From a bacterium (GTDB lineage Bacteria > Patescibacteriota > Patescibacteriia > JACPHY01), in contig JAUSKM010000033.1 in NCBI GenBank assembly GCA_030646955.1, positions 1-62,614 on the forward strand: a DNA stretch of 62,614 bases. The letters are read 5' to 3'. The position numbers and the translations under genes are program-made. Below, piece by piece: positions 37,965 through 45,585 of this stretch (position 1 is the first letter of the stretch; each line of letters begins with the position of its first letter). Under the pieces are notes generated by a model. It did not search any database. It saw only the letters and a program-made list of their open reading frames with translations, and was not told the origin of the DNA.

Positions 37965-38202
37965 TTATTTCACCACATCGAACAACTTTTTCGGATCATC
38001 AAGCACCTTGAACTCCCAGATGCCGAAGTTGCCGTCGTTATTGACGGCTTGGATCCATTCTTCGGCGGCGGCCCATTTGGCTTTGTCCTGATCGCGGACT
38101 TGTTCCTTCACCTCTAAGAGTATGTGGCGGTCGTTCTCGAAACGGATGAGGAGGTCGGGGTAGTAGGCGTGAATCTGCCCCTGCCAGAGGTAGTAGATTT
38201 TT
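37965..38202 (-). pseudogene. Remnant of the C-terminus of a restriction-endonuclease/helicase-type protein (PD-(D/E)xK-like)
   Basis: The open frame has no start codon: KIYYLWQGQIHAYYPDLLIRFENDRHILLEVKEQVRDQDKAKWAAAEEWIQAVNNDGNFGIWEFKVLDDPKKLFDVVK*. The Y-PD(L/F)...LEVK core and the W..AVN..G.FG.W tail are typical of Res-type enzyme C-termini. A TAA stop lies immediately upstream. Confidence 0.5.
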
Positions 38203-38280
38203 TAAGACACGATCCGTCCTTTGACGTTGTTGCTCCTTTGTGCTAAGAACTACGGAAGCCCGTGATTAGCGCAAAGAAAT

Positions 38281-38712
38281 ATGTCTCGTATATCAACAAG
38301 AAGATTGGTGGTGATCCTCCTGTTTTTGTCCGTTTTTGCAGGAGCTGGTTGTCAGACGACCAGCCAAGCCGAGAATGTTGCTCCTGCGCGCAGTGCCCAA
38401 GCGGTGAGCATAGAGAGGCCCGCTGTCACCACTGTCATCAACACGGCACCATCCCAGGGGGCGCTCATTGTCCCGAGGGAGATGGCTCCGACTCCGAGTT
38501 GGCAACATGATCTTCCAGACAACAGCGTTGAGGATCTTCCCGCTCCTAGGGGGAAATACAAAAACGCTGATGGTCTCAATGTCCCGCGTCCTTACGTTGC
38601 GCCATCTGCACCCGTTGGTGCTTCAGCTCGATGTCGTGATGGAACGTACAGCTTCAGCCAGAATCGCAGAGGAACGTGCTCGCATCATGGAGGTGTTGCG
38701 GAGTGGCTTTGA
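38281..38712 (+). CDS. Lipoprotein with a C-terminal DUF3761 domain
   Basis: The lipobox is LSVFAGAGC. The C-terminus CRDGTYSFSQNRRGTCSHHGGVAEW matches the DUF3761 motif. Confidence 0.75.
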   Translation: MSRISTRRLVVILLFLSVFAGAGCQTTSQAENVAPARSAQAVSIERPAVTTVINTAPSQGALIVPREMAPTPSWQHDLPDNSVEDLPAPRGKYKNADGLNVPRPYVAPSAPVGASARCRDGTYSFSQNRRGTCSHHGGVAEWL

Positions 38713-38721
38713 TAATTGGCG

Positions 38722-41505
38722 CTACCTGAATAAGTTTGCAAACCAGCGAAATAGCCGCTTCCACCATGATGGTTTTGTCTCCGAGACCGCTTCATTGGTC
38801 TCTGTGGTGGAAGCATCTTGTATTGCGTCTTGGTGAGGATCCGCCTGCTCAGGTTCGATGACGATTGATTCCTCCGGAGCACTGTTCGGTTGTTGTTGGG
38901 TCCTTACATTTTCTGTGTCCGTGACCGGTGGCAGCTCCCTAGCTGGCGGTGGTCCAACGAGGTCCCCTGACTTGTTTGTTTTGGGGATGAATAGCTCAAG
39001 CGAATCAAGTTTGTTGAGGTCGATGTCTTCAAGGACAGATACTCTCGAGTACCTGTTGTTCATCGTGTCTCCTTGAGCGAGTGGCGCGTTGTTCGTCCAC
39101 GCATTGATCGTGTTTATTGAGAGAATGTACCCGAGCGCGTTTAGTTCACCCTTGACGACCGCTGACGGGATACCGATGTATGAGCCATCGCGAAGATACG
39201 CGCCACCTCCGGAGTTGCCGTGTTCAAGTATTGTGGTGGTTTTGAGGTATGCCCCGTCAGTACCACTGAAATCGCCACTCGTATACGTGAGCTTCGTGCC
39301 GAATTTCGCAGGAAATCCGTATGCGGCGATGTCGGAACCCAGTCGCGGGTTTTTGTTGCCCCTAGCTACATCGATGCTAGACAGCGGTCTGTTTTGTGGG
39401 TTCCTGAGCTTCAACAACGCAACATCTTGGCTCGGTGAGACTCTCACAATGTCCGCAATGTGTCTCTCTCCGAAGTACGGTTCGTCGTTGAAATCATTGA
39501 TGAACCCCACAAGACATCCGAGCGTCCCCGCTACCACATGCTTGTTCGTTAGAATCGCTCCACTCGAATCGATGACCGTCCCCGAGCCCTGACTTGCTTG
39601 ACGATAATTAACTGGGCAGAGCAATTTTACGGTTGCCTTGACGATTGTATCCTGACCAGTCACTTCTCCGTTTTGTGGAGGTTGTTGTGCGGGTCGGCTC
39701 GGTGTCTCACAGTATTGCGCAGTAGTAGGAGGTGCGGTCTCTGCGCTTGGGCAGTCGAATGACTTTAAACAGTTTCGATTTTGTATCCCCGAAAGAGAGC
39801 ATTCGCTCCAACCACCGCATGTCCACACGTCCGCATTACATGCTGGCTGCGGAGGAGTGCACGCTTGCACCGTCGCGGGTGAGGGAGTCGCGATGATTTG
39901 GCAATCAAATGTTTTGGTGCATGTTCGATTTTGAATACCGCGTCCCGAACATTCGTTCCAGTCATCACAAGACCATGTATCGACAGTGCATGTCGATTGT
40001 GGAGGTGTGCAGTTTTGCGAGGTTGCCGGTGATGGAGTTTCTGCGGTAGGACAATCAAATTTTTTGACACAACTTCTTGTTTGCGTTCCGTATGATGAGC
40101 ATTGATTCCAATCGCTACATGACCAAGTGTCAGTAGAGCATGGTGGAACGTAAGTACACGATTGAGACAACAGAGGATTGCCGCCGACGCATCCTGTCGG
40201 CGATGAAGAAATGACGCTTCTTGTTTGTTGCCCTGACGGAGAACATGCCGACCAATTGGAGTATGCCCACGCAGCGCATGTCGACACCCTAGCTCCAAGT
40301 ATCGTAATTGGAAAGGAATTACTATTGTTTTGTTCAGGGATGGAGATCACCAAGGGAACTTCCTGCCTGATCCTTGTTGAATTATCTTTGACTAGACTCG
40401 GGTCAACAATCCGTATTCGAATTTTTGTATCTGTCCAGCTGATCAAAAAACCCTTTCCTTGGGACTGACCATCAATAAAGACACCTGCCCCCGGCGATGC
40501 GACAAGACCGTCACCAATAATTGTTCTATCCCCGAATCCAGTACCAATAATATCAACCTCTTGATTAAAGTATGCGGAGGCGGGATTGATTGAATTAATT
40601 TTTGGGACTGGCGGCGTACAGCTTTGCTGTAATATTGGATTGCCGCCCGCGCATCCTTCAGGCGATGAGGAAATTATTGTTCGTGATTGCTGCCCATTCA
40701 TTGAGCAAGCATCCCAGCTTGAGTACGTCCATGAGGCGCAAATCGGCGGGGTGTAGGTACAGGATTGTGATGTCGTAGGAGCGGAAACGCCACCCTCGCA
40801 ATCAGAATTTTTACCACACGTTCTCGCCTGTGTTCCTGATGGAGCACATGCGCTCCAGTTCTCGCAAGAGTAGTCGTTTGCCGTACAGGCAGTAGTGCAC
40901 GATTGGGTGAGCACCGGCTCACCGCCAGTACAGCCGTTTGGAGAGGAAGAGAGAACTGTTCTTGTTTGCTGGTTATTGGTACACGCACTCCATTCGGAGT
41001 ACGTAAGGGTAATGCAGGTAGGAGGCGGTGGAACGTAAGTGGCTAGAGTGCCGCGTGTGCAGATTCCTTGATTGTCGGACGCAGAAGCGTACTTCCTTAA
41101 AATGACGTAGGAGCCCAAAGTGCTGCCAGACCCAGGAGCAATCTCAAATTGAATTTCGTTGTCACTCCATGAAAGGAGTCCGAATGGCGTATCATTCACG
41201 CCATCTATTGATCCGCGCCCCCGATAAACCATGAGCACCCCATTATCAGTCGGAACGTAGAGCATCTCGGGGATAGAATCGTCGATGTTCCTGTCGCCAA
41301 ATCCTGTTCCCAGGATCTTCACAACGTCGCCACGAGTAGTCAGGTTCGATGGGGTGAACTCTGATCCAGCAAGGCATCCTGTTGTTTGAAAATCGGTAGC
41401 GGAGTAGGAGCTAGTTGCCGCACGAGCGGACGTAGCACTCGCGAAGAAAATCAACAGGAAGACAACGACGGGCAAGTATTTTTTGATTCTCATATTCATG
41501 TGCAT
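38722..41505 (-). CDS. Secreted trypsin-like (S1/Trypsin_2) serine protease with two IPT/TIG-like segments and seven Cys/Trp TSR-like repeats
   Basis: The signal peptide is KKYLPVVVFLLIFFASATSARA. The triad motifs are TNKHVV (His codon 39538-40), DVALLKL (Asp 39424-26) and GNSGGG (Ser 39211-13). The repeats lie at about 39700..41020. Confidence 0.8.
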   Translation of the reverse strand: MHMNMRIKKYLPVVVFLLIFFASATSARAATSSYSATDFQTTGCLAGSEFTPSNLTTRGDVVKILGTGFGDRNIDDSIPEMLYVPTDNGVLMVYRGRGSIDGVNDTPFGLLSWSDNEIQFEIAPGSGSTLGSYVILRKYASASDNQGICTRGTLATYVPPPPTCITLTYSEWSACTNNQQTRTVLSSSPNGCTGGEPVLTQSCTTACTANDYSCENWSACAPSGTQARTCGKNSDCEGGVSAPTTSQSCTYTPPICASWTYSSWDACSMNGQQSRTIISSSPEGCAGGNPILQQSCTPPVPKINSINPASAYFNQEVDIIGTGFGDRTIIGDGLVASPGAGVFIDGQSQGKGFLISWTDTKIRIRIVDPSLVKDNSTRIRQEVPLVISIPEQNNSNSFPITILGARVSTCAAWAYSNWSACSPSGQQTRSVISSSPTGCVGGNPLLSQSCTYVPPCSTDTWSCSDWNQCSSYGTQTRSCVKKFDCPTAETPSPATSQNCTPPQSTCTVDTWSCDDWNECSGRGIQNRTCTKTFDCQIIATPSPATVQACTPPQPACNADVWTCGGWSECSLSGIQNRNCLKSFDCPSAETAPPTTAQYCETPSRPAQQPPQNGEVTGQDTIVKATVKLLCPVNYRQASQGSGTVIDSSGAILTNKHVVAGTLGCLVGFINDFNDEPYFGERHIADIVRVSPSQDVALLKLRNPQNRPLSSIDVARGNKNPRLGSDIAAYGFPAKFGTKLTYTSGDFSGTDGAYLKTTTILEHGNSGGGAYLRDGSYIGIPSAVVKGELNALGYILSINTINAWTNNAPLAQGDTMNNRYSRVSVLEDIDLNKLDSLELFIPKTNKSGDLVGPPPARELPPVTDTENVRTQQQPNSAPEESIVIEPEQADPHQDAIQDASTTETNEAVSETKPSWWKRLFRWFANLFR

Positions 41506-41825
41506 TATTACAATAATTTGCTTGTTGTAGTAAGTCCTATCTGCCTTTGACCCTCAGAAAGTCAATCTAGTCGGGGAGAGCACAAAGCCCCCCGCCAGCC
41601 AGACGACCTTTCGGTCGCCCATGCCCTTTCGGGCATGACCATCCCTGGATGGCTGAACGAGGGGTTCAGTACCAGGGATGGATTTGGATTGCCATGCCGT
41701 CCTATGAGGACGGTTTAGGCACGGGTTCAATTGGTGAACAAGGAGCAATCCCGCGCTTCGGGACTACAAACCCATCGTATCAAAAAACAGCAGCAATCAA
41801 CCAATGATGCAATGCGCACACAACG

Positions 41826-41852
41826 CAAAACGCGCCCCCTTGCGGGGACGCG
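41826..41852 (-). terminator. Hairpin with T-run downstream of tRNA-Asp
   Basis: On the minus strand, cgcgtcccc-gcaa-gggggcgcg (one mismatch) is followed by ttttgcg. Confidence 0.55.
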
Positions 41853-41857
41853 CTTTG

Positions 41858-41933
41858 CGGGCCGGACGGGATTCGAACCCGCGATCTTCGCCGTGACAGG
41901 GCGACGCGTTGAACCGGGCTACGCTACCGGCCC
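41858..41933 (-). tRNA. tRNA-Asp (anticodon GTC)
   Basis: Hand-folded: acceptor GGGCCGG/CCGGCCC, discriminator G, D arm GCGT/ACGC, anticodon stem TCGCC/GGCGA, loop CT-GTC-AC, T arm GCGGG-TTCGAAT-CCCGT. CCA is not encoded. Confidence 0.9.
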
Positions 41934-42175
41934 AGATGGGCTATACGAGGGCTGGCGCTTGGGGCGTCAACCCGTGGAATCATCGTAGTACGAAAAGGCG
42001 GGGGCTGTCCAGAGCAAGGCGTCATTGCGGGCCAAGTTCGCGAGGGCGCGGTAATCCGGATTTTCCGTTGAGTGAATGGGTGGGTATGTGAGATTGCTTC
42101 GGGTACTCGCAATGACGGGAGGCAATTGGAAAGGCGGCCCCGGGGAGGGGGCCGCCTTGCTTGTGGCCGCGGCTG

Positions 42176-42949
42176 CTAGGGGCAGCCGGGAATTCTGAGG
42201 TTTGGCATGCGCGCGCGCATGCTCGCGCAGGTGGGGTTGGCAGGTCCGGACGGCTGGCCGGCGTGGGCCTCCAGCCGATCGGCGAGGTCCATGTACCGCT
42301 GCTCCGTGTACGCGCGGGCCACTTGCCCGGTCTGCGCGATGTCGGACGTGTGCCCGTCCAGGCGCTCCCCGTGTTCGTTCAGGCGGGTCTCGTGCTCGTC
42401 CAGGCGTTCGTCCTGATCGTCCTCGTGCAGCGCGCTCGAGTCCGTCGTCGCCGTTGCGGGCTCCGACGGCTTTGTGACGACCATGGCCACGAGGCCGATG
42501 ATCCCGAGCATGCCGAGCAGCATCAGAAACACCGTGGCCAGAGGCCATACGAGGCCCGTTCCGCCACCTCCGCGCTGCGCGTGCGGGGCGAAGAAGGGGA
42601 TCTCGATCGTCGGCGGTCCGTCGAGCTGGGGCGGCGGGGGAGCTGCGACCACGACCGCGGTCGTGGATGCGTGGCCCGTCGCCGCACGCACATCGATGGC
42701 GCCGGATCGCTTCGGGCGCACCTGCGCGATGACGTATCCTGCCTGGGGGGTCCCCACGGCGCCCGTGTACCGGGTGACGCCGTTCGTCCCGTCATCGAAG
42801 ATCGCGTCCGATGCGTTGACCTCCATCCGGACGGGGACGTTTGGGACGGGGTTGCCCGTCGGGTCCGTCACCTGGAAGATGATCGGCTCGGACAGGACGC
42901 CCTCGACGGCGTCCACGCGGCCGTTTCCCTGCACCTTGATGGTCGTCAT
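42176..42949 (-). CDS. Ig-like (Big-type) domain protein with a central TM helix and a His/Glu/Asp-rich coiled C-terminal tail
   Basis: An AGGAGA Shine-Dalgarno lies upstream. The beta-rich N-domain reads IIFQVTDPTGNPVPNVPVRMEVN...GYVIAQVRP, the TM is LATVFLMLLGMLGIIGLVAMVV, and the tail has ERLDEHETRLNEHGERLDGH repeats. There is no signal peptide. Confidence 0.6.
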   Translation of the reverse strand: MTTIKVQGNGRVDAVEGVLSEPIIFQVTDPTGNPVPNVPVRMEVNASDAIFDDGTNGVTRYTGAVGTPQAGYVIAQVRPKRSGAIDVRAATGHASTTAVVVAAPPPPQLDGPPTIEIPFFAPHAQRGGGGTGLVWPLATVFLMLLGMLGIIGLVAMVVTKPSEPATATTDSSALHEDDQDERLDEHETRLNEHGERLDGHTSDIAQTGQVARAYTEQRYMDLADRLEAHAGQPSGPANPTCASMRARMPNLRIPGCP

Positions 42950-42968
42950 CGTTTCTCCTTTCTCCTTT

Positions 42969-43412
42969 CTAGTTGATGCGCCGGAAGACGAAGCGGGGGA
43001 ACTGCTGACAGGTGGCCTGCTGGGGAACGTAGACCACGGGAATCTCGACGACGTTTCCGCCGCCGCCCACCTGCGCCATCTGTCCCTCCACGGTGATGGT
43101 GAACCAGGTGTCCAGCATCGCCGTGCCGCCGCCCGCCCCCGCTCCGATGATGCGGGCGCGGATCTGGAACGTGCGACCCTCGGCCTGCTGGGTGGGGGTC
43201 ACGCTGCACCGCGCGAAACCCTCCTGCTGGGTGTAGACGACGCCGGGCTGCGTACCGCCCTGCCCGAGCACTGCCATGTCCTGCACCTGGCACTCGAACG
43301 TCGTCATGACGTTTGGCTGCGGCGCGCCGTTGTGCGTGACTTGCACCACCAGCTCTACCGCCCTGCCGACCGGGGTCGTGAAGCGATCCGCACTGTTGGG
43401 GGAGACCTGCAT
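42969..43412 (-). CDS. Small Ig-like (Big-type) domain protein
   Basis: AGGAGG lies 5 nt upstream of the ATG. VELVVQVTHNGAPQPNVMTTFECQV...FQIRARII is a beta-sandwich-like pattern. Confidence 0.55.
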   Translation of the reverse strand: MQVSPNSADRFTTPVGRAVELVVQVTHNGAPQPNVMTTFECQVQDMAVLGQGGTQPGVVYTQQEGFARCSVTPTQQAEGRTFQIRARIIGAGAGGGTAMLDTWFTITVEGQMAQVGGGGNVVEIPVVYVPQQATCQQFPRFVFRRIN

Positions 43413-43421
43413 GTGATCCTC

Positions 43422-43874
43422 CTAGAAGTCCGTGCTGCGCACGGGCCGGAAATCGGGTTCGGGTTCTTGGTTACGATCCGTGCTGCGCACGGGCCGGAAA
43501 CCGGGTTCGGGTTCCTGATGAGGGTTGGTGATGCTCACCGCCGGGGCGGCCGCGAGGGACGCCACGGAGGGGGGTGCGATCTCCTGCCTTTTGACGACGG
43601 TCGGCGGAGCGATCTCGTCCGTCTGATGATTGGGCGGCAATTCCGCCTCTTCCGGCGCGCGGGTGGCGAGATCGGGCTCGCCTTCTCCCTCGGGCGCCTC
43701 ATCCTCGTCGTACGGGTCGTTGGTTTCTTCCTCGGTCCCGTCGCCTTCGTCCAAGGAATCATCGTCATCCGCCGTTGCGCCGTCGGGGGGCGGTGTCACA
43801 TCGGTCTTCTCTTCTTTTCTGCCTCCGCCTCTCAAGATGTCGGCGAGGGGATCGGCATCGTCGTCTGTTGCCAT
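43422..43874 (-). CDS. Highly acidic, probably disordered protein with a C-terminal tandem repeat
   Basis: The start is MATDDDADPL, preceded by AGGAGG 6 nt upstream (track ORF start 43934 rejected). The protein is Asp/Glu/Pro-rich. The C-terminal QEPEPxFRPVRSTD occurs twice. Confidence 0.55.
   Translation of the reverse strand: MATDDDADPLADILRGGGRKEEKTDVTPPPDGATADDDDSLDEGDGTEEETNDPYDEDEAPEGEGEPDLATRAPEEAELPPNHQTDEIAPPTVVKRQEIAPPSVASLAAAPAVSITNPHQEPEPGFRPVRSTDRNQEPEPDFRPVRSTDF
43429..43517. repeat. Tandem direct repeat, 2 copies of 41 nt with a 48-nt period
   Basis: tccgtgctgcgcacgggccggaaa[t/c]cgggttcgggttc[t/c]tg occurs at 43429-69 and 43477-517. It encodes the repeated C-terminal peptide of the acidic protein. 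Confidence 0.85.
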
Positions 43875-44161
43875 GAGCAACCTCCTGTTGTGTGGTTCGG
43901 TTGGGAAAGGTCGGTCATTCCAGCTCCAGAGCATCTCACTTCCCGCGCGGACGTGAGGAGGAGTTTGTCCGATTGGGCAGCAAGACGCTCTGGAGCAAGA
44001 ATGTGCATTCGCTAATGCTCAAAAACATTATCATGGATGGCATGATTTGTCAAGTTTTTATGACGTTTTATTGGTTTACGTAAAGAAAATACTAGAAAAT
44101 TGGCCTAACGTAAATGAAAAATAGATATTGAATTCAGTTTTCTATATCCAGACAATCGTAC

Positions 44162-44190
44162 TTGACATTTTACGATAAAAACGCTACGCT
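44162..44190 (+). promoter_or_regulatory. Candidate promoter of the SLT/giant-protein operon
   Basis: TTGACA-N17-TACGCT sits in an AT-rich divergent intergenic region, about 60 nt upstream of the 44250 start. Confidence 0.45.
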
Positions 44191-44249
44191 GATGGGAAGC
44201 TCTTTCCATCCAAACATTGCTATGCGCCCAAATAGGGCGGGGAGGTTCC

Positions 44250-45506
44250 ATGGTTTGGCTTTTGGTGTCCGTGCTCTTGGTGCTCCTGGCGGCCGGCATC
44301 GTGGTCTACCTGGTCCTGCATCCGGGGACGTTCAGTCGGATGGGGCAGCGACGTCGAGCACGGAGGAATCTCAAGCAGATCCGGGCGCAGTTTGCGCCAA
44401 CGCAGGTGCCGGTGCGGCAATTGGTGCGCACCGGACCGCCGCGGGTGCAGCTCCACAACCTGTACGATGACCTTCATCCGCCGCGGTATCGGGGCGGAGG
44501 TGCGTCGAGCGGGATCCATCGCATCGTGGATTGGATCTTCCGCGGCTCCGTCTACGTGCTGACGACGCTCGTGGTGCTGACGGGTGCGCTCATCGTGGGG
44601 CTCGGCCTCATCTCGGCGGATCTGCCGATGGCGGTGTGGATGATGGTGTGGTCCATCCTCATCCTCATCGCAGTTGCGGTAGGTGTGCTGCTCATCCTCG
44701 GAATGCGGCTGGTGCAGTCCGGCATCGGTGATGGGTGGTGGGGAACGTTCGCGCGCCTCATTGCATCCATCGCGCTCGTCTGCATCCTTGCGCTCATCGC
44801 GCCGATCGCATGGGCGGGGATCGCCGATGCGGGTACGGGTGCGGCTGCCGCAGCAGTGGTGCTTCCACCGGCACCGGTAGGACTCTCGCCGGCAGCGGTA
44901 CAGGGGCGCACGCAGGCCATCGCAGCGGCATATGAGGGGATTCGCAACGATCCAGATACCTTCGCCATCGCGGCGGATGTATTTCGGTACCGTACGCTCG
45001 TGGACAAGTATGCGGCGGACTACGACCTCGATCCGCTGCGCGTGGCGGCGATGATTGCGCAGGAGTCGGCCGGCGATCCAGATGCGATGAGTTCGGCAGG
45101 TGCGTTGGGGCTCATGCAGCTCATGCCGAAGACCGCCCTGGAGTTCGGCTCGACATCGTGCGGCTTGACGCATCGCATGCTCCGGCGGCAGCCCCAGGCG
45201 AACATCTGCACCGGAACGGCATACTACCGGCACTGCACCGGGGTGTTCCGCGGAGATGGTGAGACCGCGCTTGCCGCATACAATGCCGGAGAACATCGCG
45301 TGCAATCCGCATTCGAAAAGCACGGTAATCCCACGGCAAGCTTCTGGACGCATCTCGATACCGGCGCGCTCCCGCAGGAGACCCGCGATTACGTGCCGCG
45401 GGTGCTCGCGTGGGAAATGGCACTGCGCTTCCTGGAGCGCAACCCCGATGCGCCGCTCCCGCCGCTCGCGCATGCGGCACCGGATGGCGCTCGCACGAGC
45501 GCGTGA
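44250..45506 (+). CDS. Membrane-anchored lytic transglycosylase (SLT/GH23 domain)
   Basis: GGAGG lies 4 nt upstream of ATG 44250. Several N-terminal TMs are present. The SLT motifs are AAMIAQESAGDPDAMSSAGALGLMQLMP...AAYNAGEHRV. Confidence 0.8.
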   Translation: MVWLLVSVLLVLLAAGIVVYLVLHPGTFSRMGQRRRARRNLKQIRAQFAPTQVPVRQLVRTGPPRVQLHNLYDDLHPPRYRGGGASSGIHRIVDWIFRGSVYVLTTLVVLTGALIVGLGLISADLPMAVWMMVWSILILIAVAVGVLLILGMRLVQSGIGDGWWGTFARLIASIALVCILALIAPIAWAGIADAGTGAAAAAVVLPPAPVGLSPAAVQGRTQAIAAAYEGIRNDPDTFAIAADVFRYRTLVDKYAADYDLDPLRVAAMIAQESAGDPDAMSSAGALGLMQLMPKTALEFGSTSCGLTHRMLRRQPQANICTGTAYYRHCTGVFRGDGETALAAYNAGEHRVQSAFEKHGNPTASFWTHLDTGALPQETRDYVPRVLAWEMALRFLERNPDAPLPPLAHAAPDGARTSA

Positions 45507-45512
45507 CATGAC

Positions 45513-45550
45513 AGACGCCCGAACCACTATGGTTCGGGCGTCTCCTTTTT
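45513..45550 (+). terminator. Rho-independent terminator or attenuator after the SLT gene
   Basis: A 13-bp stem agacgcccgaacc/ggttcgggcgtct with loop actat is followed by cctttttgg. Confidence 0.75.
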
Positions 45551-45585
45551 GGTACAGTGATGGTACAAGAGTTGTGCACAGTGCT

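Larger units (their letters stand above)
36776..41878. mobile_element. Degraded genomic island integrated at the 3' end of tRNA-Asp; no integrase present
   Basis: It is flanked by a direct repeat of the tRNA 3' end. By eye its composition is AT-richer than the flanks. The cargo is a TA pair, a restriction-enzyme remnant, a lipoprotein and a secreted protease. Confidence 0.6.

Noticed and set aside
36776-41878. Search for an integrase, transposase, reverse transcriptase (DGR or retron) or Cas genes in and around the island and elsewhere in the window
   Set aside because: No ORF shows tyrosine or serine recombinase, DDE, YxDD or Cas motifs. The island is therefore called degraded, and no DGR, retron or CRISPR claim is made.
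42474-44015. 513-aa plus-strand ORF spanning the Ig-like operon
   Set aside because: It runs across three minus-strand genes, each of which has AGGAGG or AGGAGA at the correct spacing. The plus-frame product is Arg/Gly-rich with no features.
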